NCBI GenBank assembly: GCA_965178125.1
Contig: OZ237750.1
Location: forward strand, 496,001 to 560,000
Direction of reading: 5' to 3'
Source of the DNA: Bilabrum cf. latius
Lineage: Eukaryota
DNA length: 64,000 bases
The notes below the pieces were generated by a model. That model was not told the DNA's origin and did no database searches. It was given only the letters and a program-made list of their open reading frames with translations. Of the stretch, positions 12,013 through 25,275 are shown one piece after another. The translations under genes were made by a program, and so were the position numbers. Every line of letters begins with the position of its first letter. The first letter of the stretch is position 1.

Positions 12013-15000
12013 TCACCGGAGCGGAGGCGGCCTGCGGCCTCGAGGAGGGGGACTGGACCTGCCTGGACCGTCCCTAACTTTGGTAAAGCTGCCTGTAGGG
12101 GAAGATCCGCGGCTTGACGCAGCGCCAGACCCCCTGATTCCACTTCTTGGAGGCTCTGCATTCCCCCCTGCGGGCCCACTGCCTCCTACTGGCATGTTCA
12201 CCACAAACTGCTGCGAAGCTCGAACTCCAGCACCCGCCCCTTCGTGGGCCCTGCCTCCCGCTCTCGGTGATGTACCATCTGCCCTGCCTGCCTGCAAGTC
12301 AGACCTACCCATCCCACCTCGACCGTGCATGTAGGATTGCAGCTAGGGTGTAGCCTGAGGGTCTGCTGAATCCCTGACGGTCGCCCTTTCTTGCGGCTTA
12401 AAAGGGCCACCGAGCTGTGACACAGTCAATGCGGGCCGCATGCCACCATCTGCGCCGCGACCACTCCTCTCATCGGACGTGCGCTGGCCGTCGTTGTGCC
12501 CCGGCTCTGGTCTGTCTCGGCTGGATGGCAGCGAGCCACCCGAGTGCAACTGACCGGGCGTTTCGCCATCCAGAGAATCTGCCTCTCCAGCGGCCAAAGC
12601 CTTGCCAAAGTCGCCATGCAGCTGCCGACTCAGCCCATCTGATGGATCCTCTTGCTCCCTGGGACCGACCATGCCGGCTTCGCTGCGCAAGCTGTGATCT
12701 TGACCGTCGCGGCGTCGTGGCGATCCAGCCGAAAGGCTACCGCGCGGCGAACCGCCAGCACCGCCGCTCCGATCCACAGCAGATTTTCGTGCTTGCGACT
12801 CGTGCAGCGTGCGAAATGCAGCCCGGATCTTGCGAAGCTCCGTGAGGGTGGTGGCATCCGCCTGAGTGCGTGCAGCGCGCGCACTTGCCAGGGCAATGCT
12901 AAGGTTCTCGTTGTGCTCCTTGAGCCTCTGTGCCTGGGCCTGGGCAGCAGCAGCTGCTGCAGCATCTGCCAAAGCGGTTGCTTGCCGTACCCCTGCGCCT
13001 GCACTTGCGGTCGATTTACTTGCAGAAGGTCGGCTTCGTCGGGATGACCCGCCCCTGTGCACCTCCTCGCGCTTGCTGGCCTGCCGGTCCTGCGTCCCTG
13101 CGAGCTCAGCAGTGGCAGCATCGAGCGCGTCTCGCATGGCCTGCGACTCGCGGGCCAGGGACGCTTCTCTCTCCGCCATCTCCCGCCTTAGCTGCTCGAT
13201 TTCGCCCTGCAGCTCGCGCCGATCTTCCACCGCAACCGCCTCGACCTGCTCGCAGTACGACTCCAGTCGGCCCAGCAGCGTGCTCATCACGCCTCGTTCC
13301 GTGCCCACAGAGTCCTCCCGCTCTTGCTCCATCTTGCGCAGCACCTGAAGCCCGGCCTGGAGGTTCGCCACATCGTTTGCTACCGTCCTCTCTCGCTCTT
13401 GAGCAGCCTGCCGGATCGCCTCCGCTCCGGCACGCACCTGCACGAGCTCTGCTCTTGTGGCCTGGAGCTATTTTTGCACCGTCTCCTCCCACGAGGCATG
13501 CGCATCCTCTAGCTGTTTCTGCAGAGCATCCTCCTCAGCCCGGCGACGACCCACGAAGCGCTCTAGTTCTGCCGTGGCAGCTTCCACCGTGCGGAAGTCC
13601 TGCCGGTCCAATTCGGCCGCCTCTGCGGTGACCCTGCGCACCTCCTTTCGCAGCTGGTGCGCTTCGTTCTCGTGCAGCGTGGCAGCTTCCCTTCCTGCTT
13701 CGTCCGCGCGGATAGCTTCCTCTTCCGCCTGCCTCGCGGCCTGCTCGGCCCGCGCAGCCCGATCGCTGGCTTCCTTGCTGGCAGCTTGTGCGGCCTTCTC
13801 ACGGTCCTCCGCTGAGCTCTGTGCCGAATGTGCCATGGCCTCGTAGCGGGACTCGTTGCTCTCTGCAGCCTGCTGGTACTTTGCGACCGACTAGGAGAGC
13901 GCCTGTGCTCCTTCCTCCAGCCGTCGGACAGCGGCAGTGTGCCGCCCGTGCGCCTCACCTAGAGCGGCTGCTAGCTATTCCTCCACGGACCGCTGCTCGG
14001 CCGCAACGCGAGATCGCAGGCCGCGAACAGCCTCGTACTCCGCCTTGAGCGCTCTAACGGCCTCCTCTTCCGCATCCCTTTCCTTCTCAAACCTTCGCCT
14101 AGCAGCATCGGCGGTCTGGTCTAGCTGCCGCTCAGCGACTGACGCTCTCTTGTCTGCGGCCGCGGTAGCGCGAACCTGCCGGTCGACTTCGTCGGCCTGC
14201 TCCCTCACCCTGAGCTCGAGGACAGCGCGCTCCTCGGCGCACCTGGTCTTCAGATCTTCTACCGCGGAGCAGGCAGCTCGCGAAGCACACATCACAGCAC
14301 TCTGAGCGGCACCTGCTGCGGCAACTGCTGCCATGCCCTGGTCAGCTGAAGCACCCGGCGATCCACCATCTTCGCTGGTCAATGCATCGTCCTACGCGTC
14401 AACTCTATCACCGGATGCAGCGGCACTGGACACGCGAGCCACAGCGTCTGATGCGTTGGTGGCTTCTCGCACAGCATCCTAGATGGCAGCAAGCACATCA
14501 GGGGATGAGGAGGAGCCTGCAGTCCCGCTGACACCGCCTGAAGCACTAGCATCAAGCTTAACTTGCTACAGCTATGCCTCCGTGTCTCGCAGAGATAGCT
14601 CAAGGGCCGCCGACCGCTTGCTGGCGTCCTCTGCCCGCTCCCTCTCGCTGGCAACGTCACCCCGCAGTCGGCTTCGTTCGGCTTCCCACTCGTCCTCTCT
14701 CCTCTGCAGCAATTCCCTAGCATGCTTCGAGTCCTGCACGGCCCGCTCTGCCGCGTCCCTGGCTCGCTGCAGCTCCCCCTCGTGCTGCCTAGCCTGCTCC
14801 TACAAGCGCCTAGCGTGGTCGTTTTTCTGATTGCGCAGCTAAGACTCGCTGGATTCTAAAGCCTTACCGAGATCCGCCACTTTGGCCGCAAATGACTTGA
14901 CAGCCTCAGTATGGGCCTCCCGCGCCGACTGCACCTCTCTTGCGAGAGAAGCACTCTCCGCTGCTCTCGCCTCTGTGAGCTCCTCTAGCTCAGACGTGGC

Positions 15001-16993
15001 CTGCCGAAGTGACTCCTGCATCCGCGACATGGCGCGCTGGTGCTCCTCAGTCTGCTGTATTGAAGCATCCTACACCTCTTGCAGCTGCGCCCTGCAGCTT
15101 GCCCTTTCCTACCGCAGCTCTGTTGCCTCTTCTGCAGCCGCCTTTGCTCTCTCAGTTGCCGCGTCAACTTCCTGCTTTGCGCTGTCTCGCGTCTTCCGCA
15201 GAATATCCTCGAGGGAAGCAATCTACTCGTCCTTATCCTGCGACCGGCGCGATTCGGCCTCCCTCGCACTGGCTCGCTCCACGTCCCATTGGCTCTGCAA
15301 CCTGGCTGTCTCCTGCTCGGCCTCCTTCAACCTTGACTCGGCGGCCGACTGCGCGTGGCCTGCGTCCACGGCGAGTTTGCGGGCATCCGCCACTTCCTTC
15401 TCGAGCTGCTGCCTTCGCATTCGTTCGTCCTGCAGCTGCGACTGGACTGACACCTGCGCCGCGCCCAAGGCCTCCCTCGCTGCAGCTTCCCCCTGGGCGG
15501 CCAGTTCTGCCCTATCCTCTGCCTGCTTGACCCTGGCCGCTGCCTCTCGCCTAACCAGGTCGGACTCTTTCTGCTGCTGCTCCGCAGCGTGATCCGCCGC
15601 CGCACCCGCTTGTTCTTTTGCTAAAATGGCAGCACGGACGGCGTCGTCCCTTGCTCGGAGAGCCTGCGCCAGCTTCTCTTGCAGCCTCCTAAGCTCTTCC
15701 ACAGCACGGTGTGGCTCCAGGCCCCCCGCAGCCTCGATCGACCTACGCTCCGCCTCTGTTAGCTTGCGCATGAGTTCCCTAGAGCGCTCCTGCAAGGCCG
15801 CCTCGTTCTATGCAGCAGACAGCACCGCAGCATCGAGCTGCGCCCGCACTGCGCTAATCTCCTTGCTGTGGGCGGATTCCTTTCGCCTCACCACGCGCCT
15901 CAGCTGCTCGAGCTGTTCCCTGAGTACCTCTCTCTCCCTATGGGACGCAGTGGACTCGCCCTCCCGCAGCTACCTCTGCCTAGCTGTTTCTTCCATGAAG
16001 GCTTCTCGGTGTCCCCTCAACTCTGCGTCTCTCCGCTCGACTGCACGCCGGGCAGCCTGCAGCTCTTCGCGGAGGCTGCGCACCACGCCCTGCCAGCGGG
16101 CCGCCTCTGCTGCAACGTCTGCCTTGCTGCGTTCTGCGGCGTCTGCAACTTCCACCTTGGAGCCCTCCATCGCTTCTCGTGCTTTGGCATCTGCGGCGTG
16201 CTGGGCCTATGCTCGCCTGCTCGCTTCTGCATCGGCAGCCCTGGCAAGCTCCACGAGCTTCTGCCTCTCGCTCTCCCACGCATGCCTAGCCGATTCGAAC
16301 TCCGATCGGACAGATTGCGCTATTTTGTGCGCTTCTGCCGAGCGGGATTGCTCTGCCTGCAGCTCGAGACGGAACGCCTCCTCTCGCCGTTCGGCTGCCT
16401 ACGCAATTCGCCTGTCCCGGGCTTCGCTTTCTTCTTGCTGCGCAAGGAGCTGCTGCTGCTTACTGCGACGTTGTAGGCATACTTACTCAACAAGGTAAAA
16501 TTTGCAAAACCGTCTCGTCCGACGGTGAATCATGGCACAAACACGCTGATATGCTATCTCACGACGCACTTTCGGTCTCAGCCGCTCGTAGCTTCGTCTC
16601 CAGGCCACTGATTGTTTGCAAGCACTCGGACTCTCGTTCTCGACTTGACTGCAGCTCTTTCTTGAGAGGGGCAAGTGCCCGGGCCGATTCGCTTCCCTCC
16701 TGTGCATCGGGAGACCCTCCTCCATGCTTCGATTTTGCGATCTCTAGTAACTTCTGGTTTTTCTCTTCCAGCTCCTGTATATACTCATCCTATGTTGCAA
16801 CAAGGGAATTCAATTGCTGAAGTTTTGAATGTGCCTGGGCAAGCACACTCCCATCGGGTCTGCCGCCAGTGTCCGATGCATGTGCATCGCCATTGGAGCC
16901 GGCACCAGCTGCAGCTTTGCCAGCCCCACCATCATCACGCGGCGAATCATGTGGATACTGCATACTGACCAATTGGTCAAAACTACGAGGCAA
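12013..16993 (-). CDS. Large coiled-coil protein, ~1,626 aa; exons 16563-16993 and 12013-16462
   Basis: Ala/Glu/Arg/Gln heptad-rich ORFs all in one frame, separated only by TAG. A GTGAG...CGCAG intron at 16463-16562 removes an in-frame TGA and restores frame. Ends TGA. Confidence 0.8.
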
Positions 16994-17099
16994 GTATTGA
17001 CTCGGGATTTTCCTGGCCGTTTGTTACGTTGGGATCCGGAGCAGTTGCCGTCCGCCCGATCGTGTGCCCGGCGCACAGGTTATTTGCTTTGCTGGAGAT

Positions 17100-19514
17100 A
17101 TGAATGCCGGAGCAAAGCGGCCATACGAGAGTGGGGTAATCGATACTAAATAGCAGCCTGCTAAAAAGAGAGCAGCTAGTGCTGGCGCGGTTTCCGTTCC
17201 CGCTGATGAGACCAGCAGCCGATGCCCATATCTTGCTTAGGTCGACAGGAAGGCCTTAGACTTTGAAATGCAGAGGCGCTGCTCGGTGTCTATGAGTAAT
17301 GAGCGTGTTCATATGTGCTTGGTATGTGGCAAGTATTTTAGGGGCCGGGAGGCTGGAAGCCCAGCGTATTAGCATGCGCTCGAACATGAACACTACGTGT
17401 ATTTGAGCTTCGACGATGCAGCAGTTTGGTGCCTTCCTGATGGCTACCAGGTTCACGATTCGTCATTAGACGACATTGTTGGCGCACTTCGCCCGCATTT
17501 TGGCGGGAGCGCAATTGAAAGGCTTGATTCAAACAATGTGTTGTCGACAACAACAGATGGGAAGGACTTTCTGCCGGGTTACGTTGGCCTCGACAACGCA
17601 GGAAGCGCAGACTTCATCTCTGTTGCGATCCAGTGTCTGTCTCACGTTCGCCCGTTCCGCGATTTCTTCCTTCGTAAGAGCAATCACGCTGGATGCACGA
17701 GTCGTTTGGTGCAAGGCCTTGGGGATACCATTCGGCGGCTGTGGTCCCCTGGATTGTTCAAGCCGAGCGTTTCTCCCCATGATTTTGTTGTTCAGATTCA
17801 GACCGACAGCAGGGGCCGCTTCCGGCCTGGCCAACAGGGAGAGAGCATGGAGTTCCTTGGGTGGCTGCTGCAGCGCGTCCACCACGATCTTTTGCACGAG
17901 TATTCGAGTGCTGAAGACGCCAAAGAAAGAGCGAAGCGAGCGGAAGCTGCGGCTCGCTCCCGGTTGCTAGCGAAAACTGGCGTCGGGATTTCCGAAGCGA
18001 GGAACGACTCGGATCCCGGAGCAGCTGCTCGAGCGAGCAAGCAGCGGGAAGGCCGATGGTGGCTGGCGGGGGGCACTGCCCCCGGCCGCACCATCGTGAC
18101 TGAGTGCTTTTAGGGTGCAATTGAGGTACAACAGGTGGTTGGCGGGCGGTCAAAGACGGGCGATGAGATGCATGCGGCGCAAAGAGCAGGCCCAGAAGCG
18201 GCCACCCTGTCGGACGGCCGCCCGCTGCCAGCCGGCATCTCACCACTGATAGCGCATGAGGTGTCGCTCACTGCCGGTAGCTACGACGTGATCTGCAAGA
18301 CGAAACCCTTTTTCTTTCTGTCCACGGAGCTCCCGCCCGTGCCAGTGTTCGTCGAGGAGGAGGAAGACGGCCGCGCCCAGGTCGTGCCAGAGGTGGTCCT
18401 GCACGAGATTCTCACCCGATTCGGGGGATCCGAGGTCGTGGAATCGCTGGAGGGGGGCGTGCGACTGAGATCGCTGCACAAGGTTGTGCAGCTGCCGCCC
18501 TTTCTGATGCTACACGTCAAACGCTTCTCGCACAACGCGTTCTTTGCCGAGAAGAATCCGACGAGGGTCGCTTTGCCTTTGAGGAACCTTCTGCTTGACG
18601 GACCCATGAAGCTGCAGGATGGCAAGCCACCCGCAAGGGCCGCTGTCTGCGGCAAGGCTGCTGCAAATGGAGGTGCATCCTCGGCGAGCAGCGCAGCCTC
18701 TAGGAAGGCGGCCTCCAGCAGCTCGTCCTCACAAGCAGCGTCCGGTGCAGGGGCAGGGGCAGGGGCAGGGGCAGGGGCAGGGGCAGGGGCAGGGGCAGGG
18801 GCAGGGGCAGGGGCAGGGGCAGGGGCAGGGGCAGGGGCAGGGGCAGGGGCAGGGGCAGGGGCCTACTCCTCGCTGGGGAAGGCTTCGTTGCTGGCAATTA
18901 AGCTACTGCAGGCTGCGCATCCTGCACTGCACGCTCGACTGTCGCGGGAGTGGCCTGCGTAGAAACTGGCACGGGCAGCCGCTCGCTTGAATCCAGCCAG
19001 CGCGAAGCGAGCCCTGCAGCTGAGAATCGCGCTCCGGTACCGCACCAAGCTGGACCTAGAATGCAGCGTGGTTCACGATTCTCCCCCGGAGATGGCCAAA
19101 GGCAGCACCGCGGCGGCGCAAGCAGCAGCGGCACGGCTTGCCACGCACCACAGCACGGTCGAGCGGGCAGCTGAGAGTGCGGCACAGCAGGCGCTAAGAG
19201 CGGAAGGTGCCGGGGCGGCTGGTCGGTCTAGCTCCTCGTCGGGTGCCGGTGCTGATAGGTGGGGACATTCGACGAATAGCGCCTACGAAGCCACCGAGAG
19301 CGCGCTGCAGGCATTGCGCGCAGGCACGTACCGCGTGCAGGTGAGGCACAAGGCGTCTGATTCGTGGTACGAGCTCAGGGACGTGAAGGTTGCGCGCGTG
19401 GACCCCGAGCAGATCACACCCGGAGAAGCTTATGCGTTGCTGTATATGAAGCAAGGGGCGCACGAGCTTCGTTCCATCGAAGCTGCTGTCGAGCGCTTGC
19501 TGCTGCAGGACTGA
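17100..19514 (+). CDS. USP39: U4/U6.U5 tri-snRNP-associated protein 2 (USP39/Sad1, inactive USP with ZnF-UBP), 804 aa
   Basis: CPYL...LDF...CSVS...MCLVCGKYF, WCLPDGYQV.D.SLDDI, FLPGYVGL.N (Asp replaces the catalytic Cys), FKPSVSPH, KRF...FFAEKNPT.V, GTYRVQV...WYELRD and GEAY. One frame with in-frame TAGs (e.g. 18111-18113 ECF*G, 18960-18962). Ends TGA. Confidence 0.92.
18747..18860 (+). repeat. (GCAGGG)19 coding microsatellite, poly-(Ala-Gly) insertion in USP39
   Basis: Direct reading. Confidence 0.95.
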
Positions 19515-19709
19515 ACAGAATGGACCGGATGGCAGGTGGCCGGACGGTTGTCAAGCCCATATCTTTCAGAGTCTCTTTGGCCTGCTGGCCCACAGTGGCA
19601 ATGATCTTACTGAGAATGAAATGGACTTCTGAGAAAAACTACACCACGCAGAAACAAGCAATCCCACCGCATCGGCAAGGGCATGGCGCGCCGCGCACTG
19701 AGCAGCGGA

Positions 19710-22240
19710 TCACGTCGTGCCCTCTGCCTCGTGAAGCAGCGCAGCCAGCTCGGCAGCGTCCTCTCCCAAGGCCACGGCGCTGTCGTCGCCGCCATCAATA
19801 TCATCACCGTCATCGTCGTCGTCATCATCATCGTTGGTGGTGTGCAGAGCGAGGTTGGAGAGCTCTTCGGTATCCATGGCCTCCTGCAGGTCCTGCGCAG
19901 CCGCGAGGATGTATTTGATGTGGGCCGGCTTCATCTTCCTCGGGGGCTCCGGACCGGCCTTGCTCGGGTCAGCCGCTTTCCTGGCTTTCCACACGTCATG
20001 GAGCTCTTCCAACTGCTCCGCCACCATGCCCATGTCGTCCACCTCGAGCAGAGAGATGGTCTCCATCGAGTTGAAGCCGCATTCCAGCAGCGCTCCGGCG
20101 TACGCGCCCATGCCCATGGCGCCCAGCCAGGTCCTGACCACCTCTTCGCCGTACTGCTCCGCTGCCTCGGTGGTCCCGGCGCGGATGGCACCCATGAGGA
20201 GCTCAGCGAAATCAGAATGCGTAGAATGGAAGGCGCGCCGCCACAGCTTGCCCATCCCAAGGATGCGAGCCGTGGCCAGCTTCAAGCGAGATTTCCGGCC
20301 TGTTCTTTCCTTGTCTGCCTCCACGCGATCAAGGCCGTAGGCAGAGTCTTCTCCCCCGGCGGCTTTCAGCATCTCCTCGGGGGTCTTCTCCACCGGCGCT
20401 GCCGAAGGCTTCGGTTTCGCGCTGGTGCTGGCTATTCCTGCCGACCGACTGAAGCCAGCGTGGGGTGACCTGCCAGCACCTGAGGCCGCTGAGGATTGAG
20501 AACCCGTCGACTTGGGTCCCTGCGGGGGAGTAGGTGCTCCCGGTCCGGAGGACGATGGCACGAGCCTTCTGCCTCCACGCCGGGGGCCTCCGGTGCCACT
20601 GGGTGTGTCTTGAGTGCCTCCCGCGAGGAGGTGCTCCTTGGGTGGCGCTCCAATGGTGCCTTTGGCTGCTGGCGTGGCGGCTGCATCGAGCAATGGTGCC
20701 AGCTGCTTGGGAGCAGAGTCCTTGCGCATGATCTACTCGTCTGCTTTGGCGCCCGTTGTGGTCGAGCGGGCTGCAGCTGGGGATGGTCGGGACGAGGGCG
20801 TGTCTGCAGCAGCCTGGGCTGCAAGCCTGACTGCCGACGCAGTGGTCAGGCTGCCCATCGAGTCCGAGGCCGTGGCGGCTGCTGGGGTTGCGGAAGGATC
20901 TGCGGGAGATGCTTTCCCTGCGGTGGCCCTGGTACTTGCGGGGGCCCCTGTCCCTGCCCCTGCCCCTGCTGGTGTGGACGGAGCGATGGCGGCTTTGAGT
21001 GCGGCTGCGGGAGAGGGCGCACTGCCACCTGATGCTTTGCCAAGCTTCTTTTTCACCAAAGATGACAGCTTTGCGCCGGCAGACGACGCCGCTGCTGTTT
21101 TCCCCTTCTTTCCGCCGATGGCACCAAGGCCACCAATGCCCTGCGCAAACGCCTCGACGGCAGATTTCATCACGGTTTCGATTTTTCGCTGACGAGCGCC
21201 CTTACCGTCAGATTCTACTATACTTGTTTCCAGCTTGGACGCGTCTGCACCGAACGCCCTGCCCTTCCATACCGCCGCAAACTTCGCGATTCGGCGACTG
21301 TCCCGCTCCCGTTCGATCTGCTGCTTTGTCTGCGCTTCCTCTTTCGTCCGCTTGCGCATCATGGATGCAACTCGAGACAAATTTAGCATTTTGCGCGCAA
21401 CGGCTTTCTTGGATTCCTCCTTCTCCCTCTTTCGGGCAGCTGTTAACCTCAACTCCTTGAGTGCCTGCGCCTAACTCGCTCGTCGGCGGTGCACGCGTTT
21501 TGCAATCTTCACATCCCGAGCTCGATGCCTAATTATTTGAGCACACTTCTTCTCATCTTCGATCATTGCAAGCTTGTATGCTGTGAGGCCGTCCTGCGAA
21601 GAGGAAAACGGGAGAGCGCGTCAGTAGGCACGCGGTCTCATGTCTACTGCCACCAAGTCAGCGCCATCCATTGCAGCCACAAATGCATTTGTCCTAAGAA
21701 TAGTTTGAACTTAAGGTAAGCATTGCTGTGTAGCCACCGTAGTACGGGCAGGAGCCCTGTTCCGGCCGCTCAACGTATTCTCACCTCAGTCTCAAGGTCT
21801 GTGTTTGCCCCATGAAGGACCAGGAACTCAACGACGGCCTCATTGCCATGATAGGCTGCCATATGCAATGGTGTCTATCCAAGGGGGTCCTAGACATCAA
21901 TTTTAGCGCCCATTCGGAGGGCCAACTCGAGGTTTTCCACTTCGCCCTCTCGTGCAGCCTCGAACAGCAGCTAATTCTTGTCACGCCCACCGGTTGACAC
22001 CCGCCTACTTCTAGCGATTTTCTCATAATCAGGTTCCTTCTAATCTTCAGTTTGGCCAAAAGGCTCACTGGAGAAGGCGGAGTCGATCAAGCTCCTGTGC
22101 GAGCCGAAGCGATCCGGTCCTGCAGGAGTATCTCGCGGTGTCGCCGCCTTCAACTCCCCCCGCAGGGCCTTTTCAACTGTTTCATCATCAGGCTCACTTC
22201 TTGATGGAGTAAAAGGCGGATACTTGCCCGCACCAGCCAT
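19710..22240 (-). CDS. Ankyrin-repeat + C-terminal SAM-domain protein, ~779 aa; exons 21785-22240 and 19710-21593
   Basis: LFEAAREG...GAKIDV*DPLG*TPLHMAAYHG...LVLHGA ankyrin repeat continues as DGLTAYKLA after intron 21594-21784 (GTGAG...CTGAC...CGCAG). SAM-like VRTWLGAMGMGAYAGALLECGF...MKPAHIKYIL. Ends TGA. Confidence 0.85.
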
Positions 22241-22374
22241 GTTCGCTTGGAGTTGCTCCCTTTCGACAAAGATTTTCTGGTCGCACGAATGGTCGCAACG
22301 CCGCGCACGCCGTGGTTCCGCAACTGCCAGCTCGAAAATCCGTTCCAAAGTGAAGCAAAATTGGCATCACAGTA

Positions 22375-24739
22375 ATGGCAAGGGGTCCAGGGCTCCGGTC
22401 ATCTTCGATAGAATCGCTAGGTGTGCACCATTTTTGGGGATTCACCCCTGCAATCGATCTGCAAGATATATGTTCATCCCTAGACGAGAAGTTGCCAAGT
22501 GTATCTGCGAGCCCCACGAAGGAGGATGAAAGCAAAAGCCGCTCTGAAGAATCAAGGTCTAAAATAGAGCCAATTAACATTCTGTTGTGCAATACTGGGG
22601 ATATACGGCACATTCTGAAAACAGTGGCCCAGCGCCGGCGCCACTCGCTGCGCCCGCTTCATTTTTATGTTAACGAGGAGAGCCCAGAGGCGTTAGCCAG
22701 GCACCTCCTCTTGCTCAGCATAGCATACGACTGGGAGCAGCCTCTGTCAAGGAGGGCGAACCTATTTCTCGAGGTGTTCGGGAACGCGCTAGTGCAAGAG
22801 CGAACCAGCAAGTACATCGCTGCAAAGCGAGCAGAGCTGATCGAGCTGATCTGCAACCAGAAGGGTCCCCTAGCACCAATCGTAGATGGGTCGTTGCTTC
22901 GACACAAGGCGATCGATGAGCTTGAGTCGGTTTTCAAGCTCTGGGCAGACGCGGTTGGGCTGGACAGTAAGGCTTGAATTTCGCAAAGGTTTTCTGCAGG
23001 GCTTTTTGTGCATCTTGGATCTACCGACGCACTGGTTATTTTGCCCCTTTATCCTCGCAGTGCACGGCCTCAGGGATCAGCGGCTTCGTAGGCACTACGG
23101 GGAGCGCTACGACTTCCGAGTGAACCTGATTGACTGGGACTACCAGTCCAGGGTGAAGCCAGCGGCCGGCAACGTACACTCCAGGGTGTTCCGGCGGTGG
23201 AGACAGTCCGGTGTGGCCTACGAGTTCGGAGACGAGACGTACACCCAGCCGAACCGCTCGTTGGGGTCCTGGGCTCATGGCAAGGAGAAGGGCATGAGCA
23301 AGATGGTGAGGGGCTACTGGGGAGACATCGTCGTTTCGCCGTACCACGCGCTGGGCACGCATGCGACGGACATTCGGGAGGGCGTGGCGGGCGCGGCCGC
23401 GGCGAGGCGGCTCCGTCAGCTCTTCGACGTGAACGCTCGTCACATGGGTAGCGAGCAGTTTCGTCACACGTGCGAGGAGATCTCCGTGTACAACGTGCTG
23501 GCTTGGCTGCACGAGGTGGAGACGGGCGACCCCTACGCAATGAGGAGAGACCACGATGTGTACTCTGGGATAGACGAGGGCAGGCGAGTTGCCCGGCTGG
23601 CCAAGGTGGCCAAGGCAGAGGACCAGGACACTAAGGAGAAGAGAGAAAAGGACAAGGGAGGCGGCACAGCGGAGAGCAAGGAGCAGGAAAAAGCAGGCGA
23701 AAGCAAGGGAGAGTCAGCCGCTAAGGGATCGGCTATTGCTGCCGCAGCGGCTTCGGGCACAGGCACCTCGAGCGTCGACTCCTCCTCCGCCTCTGCAGCC
23801 GCTCCCGGCACTGCGGACGAGGCGGCGCGGGAGAGGGAAAGGCAGCAGCGTGCCAGGGCAGAGGCAGTCAGGCGCATGCGGACCATCGTGCGCTCGATCG
23901 GCGGCGTCAAGATCCACCTCATGCTGGGTCCGTTGCCCGATCACACGCGGAGGAAGAGATTCGCTGGCCTGTTCGATATGGTGTGCTTGGGGGGCCGGTC
24001 TGCCCACGAGATGGAGCACGAGGATTTCCACAAGTGCCTCGCCGACCGCGCCGTGGTGTGCGTAGAGACGGCTCGCAACACCGTAGTGCTGTCAGACGAC
24101 CAGGCCTGTGAGTATGAGAGACGGGTCGGCTCCATGGCGGCTGGTGTCGGGTGCGTGCTGGCCGGCACAGACACGGAGCTATGCGATGATCGGTTCGGGC
24201 TCGGGTCCGAGGTGGAAATCAAGGGAGGCAAGAAGCAACGGGAACGACAGGCGGCGCGGGAGCGTATGCGCCTCAGTGCAGAGAAGCGAGCACATCTGGA
24301 ACGCAAGCTGGGTGACCACGCCCCCCTCATGATGTACCTGCGGGAATCCTCGGTTTGGGACCTCAAGCAGGGCGACAATCCCAGACCGCAGCACCTCTTC
24401 TTCCTGTATGAGGCGGCCAAAGCCCAGGCCAGAAGGGATGGCATGCGGGCTCTGCTAGACGAGCTCAGGCCAATCAGCATGATCACGCCAGAGGAAGCGG
24501 CGGTGGAAGCTGCTACGGCAAAGCGGGCAGGTGCAGGTGCAGGTGCAGGTGCAGGTGCAGGTGCAGGTGCAGGTGCAGATGCGGCGTCGTCCGAGGTGGC
24601 GGATGTGCCTGACGCTCCCGCAGGCCCAGATGCTGCTGCTGGTGCGGCGTCGGCTTGCGGCGGTCGTGTCCCGGATGACAAGCAGACGGTCGAGGCATCA
24701 TCTAGTGCGGCATCTGGCAGTACCGAACGGGTGCAGTGA
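22375..24739 (+). CDS. DNAAF3: Dynein axonemal assembly factor 3 (PF22), 756 aa; exons 22375-22966 and 23061-24739
   Basis: HFWGFTPAIDL, GDIRHILKT, LARHLLLL, FLEVFGN, DQRLRRHYGERYD.R.NLIDWDY and RGYWGDIVVSPY motifs. Intron 22967-23060 (GTAAG...CGCAG) restores frame. Ends TGA. Confidence 0.93.
24527..24574 (+). repeat. (GCAGGT)8 coding microsatellite, poly-(Ala-Gly) in the DNAAF3 tail
   Basis: Direct reading. Confidence 0.95.
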
Positions 24740-25076
24740 TTAGTTACACAGCACGAGTATACGAACAATGCACGGCCGATCGTCCCTGGCATCCAACACC
24801 AGGCACACCACGCCGTCAACAGGCACCTCCACGGTGCTGGGGTGTGGCACTTGTCCAGCCTAGATCTAGCGATCCGATATAATGGATCAATCTTGCACAC
24901 TATAAGTTCGATGGTGACAAGACTCTGTCTCGAACCACCTGCCGCAAAGAACAAGCTTGACGGTTGCCAACAAGTTACAATTTGGTGGGAACGGGCAGCA
25001 TGACGGGGTGCCGGCTGTGGGCGCCGGCAGAGAACGCCGGAGGGAATGTGATTGCAGTGCCGGTTTCGTCGCAGAT

Positions 25077-25211
25077 TCACCGCAAAAGATCCCCCTCGAC
25101 ACCTTGTTCTTCTGATTTGCCGGCGCTCGTATCTTTGCTTCTGTCCTCACCGGCGGCTTGAGACCGGCTTTTCATCTCGGTTTCGTCCCGGCGACTGCTC
25201 GTGTGCCCCTG

Positions 25212-25275
<64 letters not shown>

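Noticed and set aside
12417-16498. Long opposite-strand and alternative-frame ORFs (e.g. 15626..16498 +, 14882..15592 +, 23941..25080 -, 10487..11401 -)
   Set aside because: Shadow ORFs of GC-rich coding sequence with no motifs; the true frame is on the other strand.
18747-18860. CRISPR array or telomeric repeat
   Set aside because: Simple hexamer tandem without spacers, in frame inside USP39.
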